Shown here one piece after another: positions 26,428 to 36,532 of a stretch of DNA of 64,000 nt (the stretch's first letter is position 1; the number at the start of each line of letters is the position of its first letter). Source of the DNA: an uncultured Actinomycetes bacterium (GTDB lineage Bacteria; Actinomycetota; UBA4738; HRBIN12); the NCBI GenBank assembly GCA_963704725.1, contig OY969934.1:2272001-2336000 (forward strand), in the 5' to 3' direction. The notes beneath the pieces are model-generated. The model saw only the letters and a program-made list of their open reading frames with translations. It ran no database searches and was not told where the DNA came from. The translations under genes were made by a program, and so were the position numbers.

Positions 26428-27549
26428 TCAGAAGTTCGGCGGCTTGACGATGTCGATGTAGACCACCGCCAGCGTGAACACGATGAAGAACGCCGCCACC
26501 GCGGCCGAGACCGGGATCACCTTGCGCATGTCCACCGGCCGGCCCCGGATCTTCTCGATCACCAGGACGGCGAGGTGGCCGCCGTCGAACGGAGGCAGCG
26601 GCAGGAGGTTCAGGAACCCCACGAACACGTTCACGATCCCGAACAGGAACAGGAGGTCCCAGAAGTTGCTGGCGGGCTGGGAGGCGATGCTCCCGGCGAG
26701 GCGACCGATCCCCACGATGCTCGCCGGATCCCTCGAGCTGCGAGGCTCGTCCGTGAACGCAAGCCGGAAGACGCGGCCGATGCCCTCCGGTCCGAAGACC
26801 CGGCCGATGCTCTTCACGGTGGTGACGAGGTTGTCGCTCACGAGTCCGGCGCCGCCGGTCACGGCGGCGATGGGCCCGGACCGCTCCCGGCGGCCCTCGC
26901 CCAGCGCGACGCCGATCCGCGCCACCCGCTCGCCGGCGAGCTCCGACCACCGCGGCACGACGCTGATGTCGAACGTCCGGTCACCGCGCTCGATCGTGAG
27001 CGTCATCGGCCGGCCCACGTGCGACTGCGTGTACGAGATGAGCCGCTCGTTGGTGGGGTCCCGGATGTCGTCGACGGCGACGATGCGATCCCCCGCCTTC
27101 AGACCGGCCTCCGCGGCGGGCGAGGTCGTCCCGTCGAGCTGCTGGGCCACGGCGAAGAGCTCCGGGCTGTGCCCCGTCGGCTGCCCGACGAAGCCGAGCC
27201 ACAGGGCGAAGCACAGGAAGGCCAGAACGAAGTGCGTGGCGGGGCCGGCCACGATCACCAGCGCCCGCTGCCACCGGGGCTTCGCACCGTACGTCCTGGG
27301 AAGATCCTCCGGAGCCACCTCCTCGAAGGGGCTCATGCCGGCGATCTTCACGTAGCCCCCGGCGGGGATCCACTTGAAGCCCACCTCGGTCTCGCCCCGC
27401 TTCGTGGACCAGATCCGCGGCCCGAAGCCGACGAAGAACTCCGTCACCTTGATGCCGAAGGCCTTGGCCACCCCGAAGTGCGCCGCCTCGTGGATGACGA
27501 TCACCACGATGAGAGCGAGGAAGAACGAGATCTGTCCGAGGGCTTCCAT
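26428..27549 (-). CDS. rseP: Site-2 (M50) intramembrane zinc protease with PDZ domain (RseP/Rip1)
   Basis: HEAAH, GFGP, GGYVKI, AGP, PDZ SPAAEAGLKAGDRI, NLLPLPPFDGG; follows dxr. Confidence 0.93.
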   Translation of the reverse strand: MEALGQISFFLALIVVIVIHEAAHFGVAKAFGIKVTEFFVGFGPRIWSTKRGETEVGFKWIPAGGYVKIAGMSPFEEVAPEDLPRTYGAKPRWQRALVIVAGPATHFVLAFLCFALWLGFVGQPTGHSPELFAVAQQLDGTTSPAAEAGLKAGDRIVAVDDIRDPTNERLISYTQSHVGRPMTLTIERGDRTFDISVVPRWSELAGERVARIGVALGEGRRERSGPIAAVTGGAGLVSDNLVTTVKSIGRVFGPEGIGRVFRLAFTDEPRSSRDPASIVGIGRLAGSIASQPASNFWDLLFLFGIVNVFVGFLNLLPLPPFDGGHLAVLVIEKIRGRPVDMRKVIPVSAAVAAFFIVFTLAVVYIDIVKPPNF

Positions 27550-27555
27550 CGACGG

Positions 27556-28719
27556 CTATCGGGCGTCGATGATCTCGGCCGCGCGCCGCCGAGCCCAGGC
27601 GTCGGCGCGCTCGAGGTTCACGATGGACACCACCGAGGAGGGGGCCTCGTGCTCGTCGACCACGGCCTGCACGACCTCGACGATCCGCGTGAGCGGGATC
27701 TTGCCCTCGAGGAACGCCATGACGGCGACCTCGTTGGCCGCGCTCATGACCGCGGGGAAGGTGAGCCCGAGCTCGCCCACGCGATACGCGAGGTCGATCG
27801 CCTGGAACGCCTCGCGGTCGACGGGCTCGAAGGTCAGCTTTCGGTCCGTGAGGGGGACGGGGTCGATCCCGCTCGGCAGGCGCTCGGGCCAGCCCAGCGC
27901 GAGCTGGATCGGCAGCTTCATGTCCGGCTGCGCGAACTGCGCGAGCAGCGTTCCATCGCGGAACTCGGCCAGCGCGTGGACGATGCCCTCCGGGTGGATC
28001 ACCACGTGGATCTGCGAGTACTCGATGCCGAACAGGTAGTGCGCCTCGATCACCTCGAGGCCCTTGTTCATGAGCGTCGCCGAATCGATCGTGATCTTCG
28101 GGCCCATCTGCCAGATCGGGTGCGCGAGCGCCTCCTTCACCGACGCCTTGGCCAGCTCGTTGCGCGTCCAGCCCCGGAACGGGCCGCCGGAGCCGGTCAG
28201 GATGACGCGCTTCACGTCCTCCCGCCGCTCGCCGCGCAGCAGCTGGGCGAGCGCCGCGTGCTCCGAGTCGACCGGGACCAGCCGTTCGGGCTCCCCTTTG
28301 ATCAGGTCCAGGACGAGCTCGCCGCCGATGACCAGGCTCTCCTTGTTGGCCAGCGCCAGGACCTTGCCTGCCTGGAGCGTCGCGAGCGTGGGGCCCAGCC
28401 CCGCGGCCCCGACCAGGGCGTTCAGCACCATGTCGGCCTCGGCGTCGCGCGCCAGCGTCTCGGCGGCGTTCGGCCCCACCTGGATGTCGATCTCGACGCC
28501 CTTGAATCCGGACAGGCGTTCGCGCAGGTCCACCGCGGCCTCCTCGTCCGCGATGGCCACGAGCGGAGGTAGGAACTCGCGGATCTGACCCACCAGGAGC
28601 TCGTGGTTCGTGCCCGCGGACAGGCCCACCACCTTGAACCGGTCGGGGTTGTGGCGGACGACGTCCAGCGCTTGCGTCCCGACCGATCCCGTGGACCCCA
28701 GGATCACCAGCGTGCGCAC
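27556..28719 (-). CDS. dxr: 1-deoxy-D-xylulose-5-phosphate reductoisomerase
   Basis: LGSTGSVG, LANKESLV, PVDSEH, MGPKITIDSATLMNKGLEVIEA. Confidence 0.98.
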   Translation of the reverse strand: MRTLVILGSTGSVGTQALDVVRHNPDRFKVVGLSAGTNHELLVGQIREFLPPLVAIADEEAAVDLRERLSGFKGVEIDIQVGPNAAETLARDAEADMVLNALVGAAGLGPTLATLQAGKVLALANKESLVIGGELVLDLIKGEPERLVPVDSEHAALAQLLRGERREDVKRVILTGSGGPFRGWTRNELAKASVKEALAHPIWQMGPKITIDSATLMNKGLEVIEAHYLFGIEYSQIHVVIHPEGIVHALAEFRDGTLLAQFAQPDMKLPIQLALGWPERLPSGIDPVPLTDRKLTFEPVDREAFQAIDLAYRVGELGLTFPAVMSAANEVAVMAFLEGKIPLTRIVEVVQAVVDEHEAPSSVVSIVNLERADAWARRRAAEIIDAR

Positions 28720-28841
28720 GGACCCAAGACTACCTTGGGGCGCCCGGAATCAGGGGAAGCCGTTCGGCCCGCCGGTCGGGAGCGTTTCGGCGGTGGGATC
28801 GGTCGCGAACGCCACCTCGAGCCGAAGGCCGGCGTCGGGGC

Positions 28842-30401
28842 TCAGGACAGGATCAGCCTGAGGAACATGACGGCCGCGGGCGCGACGAACAGGATCGAGT
28901 CGATCCGGTCGAGCACCCCTCCGTGCCCCGGAAGGATGCTGCCCATGTCCTTGATGCCCAGGTCCCGCTTGATCAGCGACTCGGCCAGATCCCCGAGCGG
29001 CGCGAAGACCGCGACGACCACGGCGAGCCCCGCGGAGCGTCCCACGGTGTCGAGCAGGTCCACCGAGCTCGACACGGCGCCCACCGCGACGGCGACGACG
29101 ACGAGCGTGGCGCCGATCGCTCCCTCCCAGGACTTCTTCGGGCTCACATGGGGGGCCAACGGACGGCTGCCCCAGAAGTAGCCGACGCCGAACGCCGAGA
29201 TGTCGTAGGCGACCGTCAGGCCGATGATCGCGAGCACGAGCCCCCGCCCGTCGCTCTCCCGCAGCAACGCCAGGACGTACCCGGCGAGCATCGGGATGTA
29301 CGCGACCCCCAGCACCGTGAGCGCCACGTTCGCGGCGACGTTGCGCCGATGGGGCCCGGGGACGGTCATGTACCACAGGAACGCGGCGAACGTGGCGAGC
29401 GCCACCATCGCGAGCATCGCGCCCTCGCCGCGGTAGTACGCGGCGCCGAGCACCAGGGCGCCGGACACGAGCCCCAGCGCGGTGGCCGGCTGGAAGTGCC
29501 GCTTCTGCAGGGCGAAGTAGAACTCGCCCTGCGCGAACAGGACGACGATCCCGGCCAGGATCGCGAACGGGCCCGGCCCCCAGGCGATCGCGCCGAGCGC
29601 CAGCGCCAAGAGGATGAGTCCCGTGAGGAAGGCCATGGGGACGTCGCGGCCGGTGCCGCGCCGCTCGGGCTCCGCCCCGACCTCCAGGGCCGTGGGCTCC
29701 TGCCAGCTCGGGCCGCCCAGCCCCTCGTGTCCGACCCGGACCGTGCGGGGTGCCTCGGCTCGTCCGGGCTCCGACGCCTCGTCCTCGTCCTCACCGAGCA
29801 GCGCCGCGATCTGCACCTCCTCGGTGACCGACTCCGTGGTCCCCGTCTCGCCGGCCTCCTCGCGCACGGACTCGGCGAAGTGATCGGCCGCGGCCTCGAC
29901 GGCCTCGAGGTCTGGAGCCGGCTCCTCGACGACCACCTCTCCCTCTTCGATCGGCTCCGCGGCCCCCTCCCCGGCGTCCGCGCCGGGAAGATCCACGTAC
30001 GCGCTCGGCGACTGGGTGAAGGCCTCCTCGGTGATGGATCCCTCTTCCTCGAGGTCGTCCTCTCCACCCAGGAGGAAGGCGGTCAGGTCGCGCTCGTCCT
30101 CCCCCTCATCGGCCGCGGCGTCGTCCTCGTCCTCGAACAGGTCCTCCTGGCCGGGGATCGTCCCCTGAGCCGCGGTCTCCTCCTCCGGCTCGATCCGGAT
30201 CGGGGCCTCGAACGCCGCGGTGTCCTCGCCGGGGGGCTCGGACGGTCCCGCCGCTTCTTCCTCGGCCTCCCCGGGCGGCGCCGACGAAGGTGCCGGCTCG
30301 CCCGTCTCGGGCCAGTCGACGTCCTGGATGGGTGCGAAGAACTTGTCGAGGTCCTCGAAGAGATCCTCGTCGCCGTCCTTGCGCCCCTCGCCCTCCGCCA
30401 C
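28842..30401 (-). CDS. cdsA: Phosphatidate cytidylyltransferase with a long acidic N-terminal extension
   Basis: C-terminal half has SPKKSWEG, GDLAESLIKRDLGIKDMG, PGHGGVLDRIDS; follows frr. Confidence 0.93.
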   Translation of the reverse strand: MAEGEGRKDGDEDLFEDLDKFFAPIQDVDWPETGEPAPSSAPPGEAEEEAAGPSEPPGEDTAAFEAPIRIEPEEETAAQGTIPGQEDLFEDEDDAAADEGEDERDLTAFLLGGEDDLEEEGSITEEAFTQSPSAYVDLPGADAGEGAAEPIEEGEVVVEEPAPDLEAVEAAADHFAESVREEAGETGTTESVTEEVQIAALLGEDEDEASEPGRAEAPRTVRVGHEGLGGPSWQEPTALEVGAEPERRGTGRDVPMAFLTGLILLALALGAIAWGPGPFAILAGIVVLFAQGEFYFALQKRHFQPATALGLVSGALVLGAAYYRGEGAMLAMVALATFAAFLWYMTVPGPHRRNVAANVALTVLGVAYIPMLAGYVLALLRESDGRGLVLAIIGLTVAYDISAFGVGYFWGSRPLAPHVSPKKSWEGAIGATLVVVAVAVGAVSSSVDLLDTVGRSAGLAVVVAVFAPLGDLAESLIKRDLGIKDMGSILPGHGGVLDRIDSILFVAPAAVMFLRLILS

Positions 30402-30961
30402 TAGATCTCCTTGAGCTCGGCTTCCTTGTGCGCGACGACCTCGTCGACCTCCGCCACGTGCTTGTCGGTCAGCTTCTGAAGCTCTCGCTCGGACCGGATG
30501 AGGTCATCTTCTGAGATGCCGCCCTCGCGCTCAAGCTTCTCCAGCTCTTCCCTGGAGTGCCGACGGATGTTCCGAACGGCAACCCGCGCCTCCTCACCGC
30601 GGTGGTGTACGAGCTTGATGAGCTCCTTGCGCCGCTCCTCGGTGAGCAGGGGGAAGTTCAGCCGGATGACGTTGCCGTCGTTGCTCGGCGTGATGCCCAC
30701 GTCGCTCGACATGATCGCCTTCTCCATCGAGGAGATGGCGTTCTTGTCGTACGGCTGGATCATCAAGGTTCGCGGTTCGGGAACGCTGAACGACGCGAGC
30801 TGCTGGATCGGCACCGACGTCCCGTAGTAGTCGACGACGATCCGCGAGAGCAGGGCCGGCGTGGCGCGACCGGTCCGGATGCCTCCGAGCTCGTCCCGCA
30901 GGACGGAGATGGCCTTGACCATCTTCTCGGTCGTCTCCCCCATCACCGACTCGACGGTCAT
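30401..30961 (-). CDS. frr: Ribosome recycling factor
   Basis: Start ATG 30961 (ATGA overlap with pyrH); [25 protein letters not shown]. Confidence 0.98.
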   Translation of the reverse strand: MTVESVMGETTEKMVKAISVLRDELGGIRTGRATPALLSRIVVDYYGTSVPIQQLASFSVPEPRTLMIQPYDKNAISSMEKAIMSSDVGITPSNDGNVIRLNFPLLTEERRKELIKLVHHRGEEARVAVRNIRRHSREELEKLEREGGISEDDLIRSERELQKLTDKHVAEVDEVVAHKEAELKEI

Positions 30962-31710
30962 CGCGTCCCCCCGTGCACGAGCGTGCCGATGGCCTCTCCC
31001 TCGACCGCCCGGCGGATGTTCCCGTCCTGGCGGACGTCGAAGACGATGATCGGCAGCTTGTTCTCCATGCACAGGCTCACGGCGGTGGCATCCATCACCT
31101 GGTAGCCCTCGCGGAGCAGGTCGAGGTACTCGAGCGAGTCGAAGCGGACCGCGCTGGGGTCCAAGTTGGGATCGGCCGTGTACACGCCGTCCACCTTCGT
31201 CCCCTTCAACAACGCCTCCGCGCCGATCTCGAGCGCGCGTTGCGCCGCCGCGGTGTCGGTGGAGAAGAAGGGGACCCCGAGCCCGGTGGCGAAGATCACG
31301 ACGCGCCCCTTCTCCAGATGCCGGATCGCGCGAAGCGGGATGTACGGCTCCGCGATCTGCGCCATGTGGATCGCCGTCTGGACGCGCGTCGGGACGTGCG
31401 TCTTCTCCAAGGCGTCCTGGAGGGCGAGGGCGTTCATCACGGTGGGCAGCATGCCCATGTAGTCGGCGCGGGACCGGTCGATGTCCGGGGCCTGGCGGCC
31501 ACGGAAGATGTTGCCGCCTCCCACCACCACCGCGCACTGCACGCCCTGGTCCACGATCTCGGCGAGCTGCGTCGCCAGCAGGTGGGTCGCGGCGGTCGAG
31601 ATGCCGTACCCGGTCTCGGCGGGGGCGAACGCGTCGCCCGAGAGCTTCAGCAGGACCCGGCGGTACAGCGGCCGGGCCACCGTCTCCCGCGCGTGGTCGC
31701 CCTCGGGCAT
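30958..31710 (-). CDS. pyrH: Uridylate kinase
   Basis: [39 protein letters not shown]. Confidence 0.97.
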   Translation of the reverse strand: MPEGDHARETVARPLYRRVLLKLSGDAFAPAETGYGISTAATHLLATQLAEIVDQGVQCAVVVGGGNIFRGRQAPDIDRSRADYMGMLPTVMNALALQDALEKTHVPTRVQTAIHMAQIAEPYIPLRAIRHLEKGRVVIFATGLGVPFFSTDTAAAQRALEIGAEALLKGTKVDGVYTADPNLDPSAVRFDSLEYLDLLREGYQVMDATAVSLCMENKLPIIVFDVRQDGNIRRAVEGEAIGTLVHGGTR

Positions 31711-31719
31711 GCCCGTACC

Positions 31720-32328
31720 CTACTCGCTCTCTTCGCCCAGCCTGAATCGCACGAACCGCCGGACGGCCACCTTCTCGCCCACCTTGGCCGCCACCTCGTC
31801 GAGCAGCCCCTGGATCGTCTTCGCGTCGTCCTTCACGAACCTCTGCTCCAGCAGGACCGTCTGCTCGTAGAAGGCCTTCATCTTGCCCTCGACGATGTTC
31901 GCGAGGACGTGCTCGGGCTTGCCGGTCTCCTTGGCCTGCACCTCGAAGATGCTGCGTTCGGCGTCGGCGACCTGAGCGGGGACGTCGTCGCGAGACAGGA
32001 ACCGGGGGGCCGACGGGCTCGCCACGTGGAGGGCGACGTCCTTGGCCAGCTGCTTGAAGTCCTCCGTGTTGGCGACGAAGTCGGTCTCGCAGTTCACCTC
32101 GACGAGCGAGCCGACCGTGTTGTTGAAGTGGATGTACGACTCGATCCGGCCCTGGTTGGCGGACCGCGAGCCGCGCTTGGCCGCCGAGGCGAGCCCCTTC
32201 TGCCGCAGCAGCTCGACGGCCTTGTCCATGTCGCCGTCGGCGTCTTGGAGGGCGCGCTTGCAGTCCATCATCCCGGCCCCGGTCATCTCCCGGAGCTTCT
32301 TCACCTGCCCTGCGTTGATATCGGCCAT
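31720..32328 (-). CDS. tsf: Elongation factor Ts (short form)
   Basis: VKKLREMTGAGMMDCKRAL, EVNCETDFVA, LLEQ.FVKD, VRRFVRF; ATG 32328 preferred over the ORF-track TTG. Confidence 0.97.
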   Translation of the reverse strand: MADINAGQVKKLREMTGAGMMDCKRALQDADGDMDKAVELLRQKGLASAAKRGSRSANQGRIESYIHFNNTVGSLVEVNCETDFVANTEDFKQLAKDVALHVASPSAPRFLSRDDVPAQVADAERSIFEVQAKETGKPEHVLANIVEGKMKAFYEQTVLLEQRFVKDDAKTIQGLLDEVAAKVGEKVAVRRFVRFRLGEESE

Positions 32329-32333
32329 CGCGC

Positions 32334-33233
32334 TCAACCCGCTTCCTGGACGGGGGGCGTCTCAGCCGAGGGGGCGGCCGATGCCGACGGGGGCTCTGCG
32401 CCCCCCGTGGTCGGCTCCGCCGTCGAAGCGGCCGACGACCCCTCCGCAGCGAGCGGCGCTGGTCCCCCGGCGGCATCGGCCGTGACCGGACCCGGCTCAG
32501 GCTCGGGCTCGATCTCCGGGCCCGTGGCTCGCGTCACGACGGCCTCCCGGCCGATCTGCCGGCCCTCGGCCAGAGCCTCCGAGACGATCCTCGTGACGAG
32601 CGAGACCGAACGGATCGCGTCGTCGTTGCCCGGGATCACGTAGTCGACCTCGTCGGGGTCGCAGTTGGTGTCGACGATCGCGATGACCGGCAGCCCCAGC
32701 TTGCGCGCCTCGTTGACGGCGATGTGCTCCTTCTTCGTGTCGATCACGAACACTGCGTCGGGCAGACGCTCGAGGCTCTGCATCCCGCCCAGGTTGCGCT
32801 CGAGCTTCTCCTTCTCGTGGCGGAGGCGGATCGCCTCCTTCTTCGGCAGATAGTCGAAGGCCCCCGTGCGCTCCATCTCGCGGAGCTCGCGCAGCCGGAA
32901 CAGCCGCCGAGAGACCGTCTGGAAGTTCGTGAGCATCCCGCCGAGCCACCGGGTCGTGACGTAGGGCATGCCCGCGCTCGTCGCGTTCTCGACGATGACC
33001 TCCTGGGCCTGCTTCTTCGTCCCCACGAACAGGACGATCCCGCCCCGGCGGCCGAGGTCCCGGACGAACGCGTAGGCCTCCTCGAGCCCCGTCAGGGTCT
33101 TCTCGAGGTCGATGATGTAGATGCCGGAGCGTTCCCCGTACAGGTAGCGGCCCATCTTCGGGTTCCAGCGCCTGGTCTGGTGCCCGAAGTGGACGCCCGC
33201 CTCGAGGAGCGCCCGCCTGGTGACGACGGGCAT
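32334..33233 (-). CDS. rpsB: 30S ribosomal protein S2
   Basis: [45 protein letters not shown]. Confidence 0.99.
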   Translation of the reverse strand: MPVVTRRALLEAGVHFGHQTRRWNPKMGRYLYGERSGIYIIDLEKTLTGLEEAYAFVRDLGRRGGIVLFVGTKKQAQEVIVENATSAGMPYVTTRWLGGMLTNFQTVSRRLFRLRELREMERTGAFDYLPKKEAIRLRHEKEKLERNLGGMQSLERLPDAVFVIDTKKEHIAVNEARKLGLPVIAIVDTNCDPDEVDYVIPGNDDAIRSVSLVTRIVSEALAEGRQIGREAVVTRATGPEIEPEPEPGPVTADAAGGPAPLAAEGSSAASTAEPTTGGAEPPSASAAPSAETPPVQEAG

Positions 33234-33422
33234 GCTGCGCCTCCTTCTGGTTTTCCCTCCGCGCGGCTCTCCCCGATCGCGGCCCGGCCGGTCGTTCCGG
33301 GGGCTCCCGCTCGCGCCTTCGCGCTCGCTTCTGGAGCCCTTGGCCCCCGGCCGGGACCCCGCCTCTCGGTCCCCGCGCGTGTGAGCTCGGCGCCTTGCGA
33401 GCGCCGGCGATCGGGCAGTCTA
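33234..33422 (-). ncRNA. rpsB leader (t44 / S2-binding leader-like) with extended -10 promoter
   Basis: TGC-TAGACT promoter (33417-33422); TCACACGCGCGG...GGGGTC...CCGCGCGGAGGGAAAACC closing stem typical of S2 leaders; SD AAGGAGG. Confidence 0.7.
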
Positions 33423-33454
33423 GCAGCGGCGATGCGGAGCGGGCCCCGGACCGG

Positions 33455-34447
33455 TCATCGACGCCGGGACCGAGCCGGCGCGGCCGAGCGCGGTGGGGGA
33501 CGCCGGCGGACCGGCTCGTCGGGCACGGCGGGCTCGGCCACCACCCAGCGGTAGGCGAAGGCGGCCATGAACCCCACGTGGATCAGGTTCGCTAGGAGCA
33601 CCACGATCCAGGCGGTCAGCGTGGGGTTGGCCGAGATCTCGTGTCCGCCCGGGGAGAACCCCACCGCGACCGGGAGCGCGATGAAGAAGTAGAGCGAGCA
33701 CAGCAGCAGGTGACGACTCCCGGGGAGCATCGCCGCCCGTGCCGATCGCCGGATCGTCTCCGTCAGCGGACGGCCCTCCCGGATCGCCGCCGTGGGCGCG
33801 AAACCGAGGAAGAACAGGCCCCCCACGAGCGCCGAGACGAAGCCCAGGAAGCCGAGACCGGGCCCCAGGACGGGCAGGATCAGGTTGCCGGCGATGATGA
33901 GGCTGAACGAGGCGAGTTGGACGACGAAGGAGACCGGCAGCGCGGCGATCCCCCGAAGCACCCCCACGCGCGAGACCCGGCCGTCCTCGAGCGCCTCGAG
34001 GATGAGACCGGTGAGCAGCGCCGTCACGATGCCCCGGATGACCAGGACCGCGCCGGTGAAGTACAGGAACGCCGGGCCCGTCCCGTACAGGCTGGTCCCG
34101 GATCCGAGATCGAAGTAGGTGCTGATCGGCGGCAGGGCGAGGGCGTCCACGAGCCGGTTGGGCAACCCCTCGAACCCGATCGCCATCAGGGACAGCCAGG
34201 TCGCCGGGACCAGGGCCAGGGTAACCACGACCAGGACAGGCTGCGACGCGACCGCGAGCATGCCCTGGGCAATGGACCGGCCCATCGGCGGGAGCGCCGA
34301 GGGTCCGGTGCCGAACAGCGTGCTCCCGAAGAGCCCTCGCCGCCTGGGTTCGGGAGCCGGGGGCTCCGGCCGATCGAGGACGGCCTCCGGTGCCTCACGA
34401 GGCGGGGCCGGGCGCGAGGGGCGACGGCGCCGTTTGCCGGGGCTCAC
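33455..34447 (-). CDS. Hypothetical multi-pass membrane protein
   Basis: Start refined to GTG 34447 (GTGA overlap with the upstream stop, SD GGAGG); about six hydrophobic segments, basic Pro-rich termini. Confidence 0.75.
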   Translation of the reverse strand: MSPGKRRRRPSRPAPPREAPEAVLDRPEPPAPEPRRRGLFGSTLFGTGPSALPPMGRSIAQGMLAVASQPVLVVVTLALVPATWLSLMAIGFEGLPNRLVDALALPPISTYFDLGSGTSLYGTGPAFLYFTGAVLVIRGIVTALLTGLILEALEDGRVSRVGVLRGIAALPVSFVVQLASFSLIIAGNLILPVLGPGLGFLGFVSALVGGLFFLGFAPTAAIREGRPLTETIRRSARAAMLPGSRHLLLCSLYFFIALPVAVGFSPGGHEISANPTLTAWIVVLLANLIHVGFMAAFAYRWVVAEPAVPDEPVRRRPPPRSAAPARSRRR

Positions 34448-35895
34448 GTCACCTCCTCGGCCATCTCGTCGGCGTCCTCGTCCCCGGCGAACGGGCCGGG
34501 GAACCGGCGCCGCGCGAGCAGTCCCGGCCCGAGCACCACGAGGAGCACGATGGCGGCCGCCAGCGCGAACCGGCCCAGCGTGGTCCCCACCTCGAGCTCG
34601 GTGGGGGAGGCCACGTCGACGAGCCGGCCGTCCGGGTCGCTCTCGAACGCGATCAGCCCCGCGTCGGCACCGCCCTTCACGGCCACGATCACGTCCCCCG
34701 AGACCGCGATCGCGCCGACGAGCCCGGGGTCCTCGGGGCTCTGCCACACCAGGTGCCCGGAGCCGGCGTCGAGCGCCACCAGGCGGCCGTCGTCGAGCCC
34801 CACGAGCACGGCGCCCCCCGAGACGACGGGCGAGCTCCGGACCACCTGATCGTTGAGCTGGTGATCCCAGACCTCGGCGCCGTCGGCAGGGTCGAACCGG
34901 TACAGCCCCGCCCCGACGTCGACCACATAGAGCGCGCCCTCCCCGAGCGCCGGCGAGCTCACGGGGAGGAAGAGCGAGAGCGCGAGCGTCGACCACACCT
35001 GCTGGCCGTCGCCGCTGCCCAGGGCGCGCACGGACCGGTCCCCCAGCCCCACGATCACGAGGTCGCCGGACGCGGCCGGGGCGGACGCCGCGGAGGTGCC
35101 GAGCGTCGACACGGCCCTCCAAGTGCACTCGCCGGAGGTCGCGTCATACGCGCTGACGGCCACGCTCCCCGCGTCGTTGTCGCGCGCGACCGAGACGACG
35201 CGCCCCCCGGCCACCGCCACGGCGCCGTCGATCCTGCCGCCGGCGAACGGCTCGCACGGCCCCTGTCCCTCCAGGTCTCGGGACCATTCAACGGTCCCGT
35301 CCCGGATGGCGATCGCGTACACGGTCCCGGCGTCGTCGGCGACGTACGCCGAATCGGCGTCGACCGTGACCCCCGTCCGAGAGGCGGCGCCGAGCGCGGT
35401 GCGCCACAGCTCGGTCTGGTCCCCGAGATCGATCGCCACGAGCTCGGAACCCCCCGATCGCGTCGGGCTGCTCGACGGAGACGCGCCGGGCGATGTCGTC
35501 GGCGTCGGTGAGGCGGCGCCCGAGCCGGTGTCCGGCCCCTCGAGGTACAGGAGCACGTCGGGCCGCCGTCCGGCACCCGTCACCACCGCCGGGATCGAGA
35601 GGGGGCCGCCGGCGCGCGGGACGTGCCAGGCCACGTCGCCGCTGCTGAGGTCGACGGCGTAGACGTCGCGCTGGCCGACCGTCATCGCCAGGTCGCCGAG
35701 GATGACGGCGCCGGAGAGCGCCCGGCCCTCGGGCGCCGGCAGCGACCACCGGACTCGATAGGGCGGAGCGGGGCCAGCGCCCGCGGTCCCGGGCCGACCC
35801 GGGCCCCCCTGGAACTGCGACCACGCCGGCTCACCGCTCTGGGCCACGGCGAACGAGGGGGTGAGCGCGACGGCCGCGGCGGCGAGGGCGACCAT
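34444..35895 (-). CDS. PQQ-like/BamB-type beta-propeller surface protein with signal peptide and C-terminal TM anchor
   Basis: WSQFQGGPGRPG N-motif; repeated A.D..SG...W blades; C-terminal FALAAAIVLLVVLGPGLLARRR. Confidence 0.85.
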   Translation of the reverse strand: MVALAAAAVALTPSFAVAQSGEPAWSQFQGGPGRPGTAGAGPAPPYRVRWSLPAPEGRALSGAVILGDLAMTVGQRDVYAVDLSSGDVAWHVPRAGGPLSIPAVVTGAGRRPDVLLYLEGPDTGSGAASPTPTTSPGASPSSSPTRSGGSELVAIDLGDQTELWRTALGAASRTGVTVDADSAYVADDAGTVYAIAIRDGTVEWSRDLEGQGPCEPFAGGRIDGAVAVAGGRVVSVARDNDAGSVAVSAYDATSGECTWRAVSTLGTSAASAPAASGDLVIVGLGDRSVRALGSGDGQQVWSTLALSLFLPVSSPALGEGALYVVDVGAGLYRFDPADGAEVWDHQLNDQVVRSSPVVSGGAVLVGLDDGRLVALDAGSGHLVWQSPEDPGLVGAIAVSGDVIVAVKGGADAGLIAFESDPDGRLVDVASPTELEVGTTLGRFALAAAIVLLVVLGPGLLARRRFPGPFAGDEDADEMAEEVT

Positions 35896-36000
35896 GAGCC
35901 TTCGGAGCGCGTCGGGAGACAGCGGAGCCTTCCTGGTCCGGGAGCGCGCACATCCTATCCGGCCCCGACCCGCCCGCCAGACGTGAGGACGACCTCGCCC

Positions 36001-36504
36001 TCAGGCCGCGAGCGGCGCCAGCCGGATGAAGTCCGAGACGCTCTGGGGGCCCAGATACCGGAGCGGGTCGACGTACTGGCCGTCGAGACGGACCCCGAAG
36101 TGCAGGTGGGGAACCGTCGACCCCGGATGCCCCCGTCCGGACCGGGCGATCGGCGCGCCGCGCGCGACGGCGTCGCCCACGCGAACGAGGGCCTCCGAGA
36201 GCCACGAGGAGGTGCTCGTGAGCCCGCCCCCATGGTCGAGCGTCACGAACAGCTCGCCTCCGACGCGGCCGGCGAAGGTCACCACGCCCGACTCCGGCGC
36301 CACCACGACCGTGCCGATCGGGGCGGCGACGTCGATCCCCCGATGCCCGGAGCCGAACGGCGTCTGGGGCGGGTCGAAGCCGCGGATGACCGGGCCGACG
36401 ACGGGCCAGGTCCACGCGCCGACCGCGGGGAGGGCCGGCGCCGAGGGCCCTGGATGGAGGGTGACCCCGATCAGGAGGGGGAGGAGCGCGCGCACCATCG
36501 ACAC
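36001..36504 (-). CDS. M23-family peptidoglycan endopeptidase
   Basis: WPV, HRGID, VVAP..G.V.FAG, HLHF, YVDP; SD AGGAGG. Confidence 0.9.
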   Translation of the reverse strand: MSMVRALLPLLIGVTLHPGPSAPALPAVGAWTWPVVGPVIRGFDPPQTPFGSGHRGIDVAAPIGTVVVAPESGVVTFAGRVGGELFVTLDHGGGLTSTSSWLSEALVRVGDAVARGAPIARSGRGHPGSTVPHLHFGVRLDGQYVDPLRYLGPQSVSDFIRLAPLAA

Positions 36505-36532
36505 GGCGAACCTCCTGTGCTGAGAGCGGCGA

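Noticed and set aside
28740-28841. GC-rich inverted repeats in the cdsA-dxr spacer (similar ones at 23715-23760 and 62110-62165) as possible ncRNA or REP elements
   Set aside because: No shared sequence between them and no recognisable RNA family; compatible with U-less terminators or chance pairing at this GC content.
31430-31460. PyrH substitutions (MGMLPT for MGMLAT, LSGD for LSGE) and Dxr/ProS motif variants
   Set aside because: Single-residue deviations in otherwise intact essential genes; cannot be told apart from lineage drift or sequencing error without alignments.
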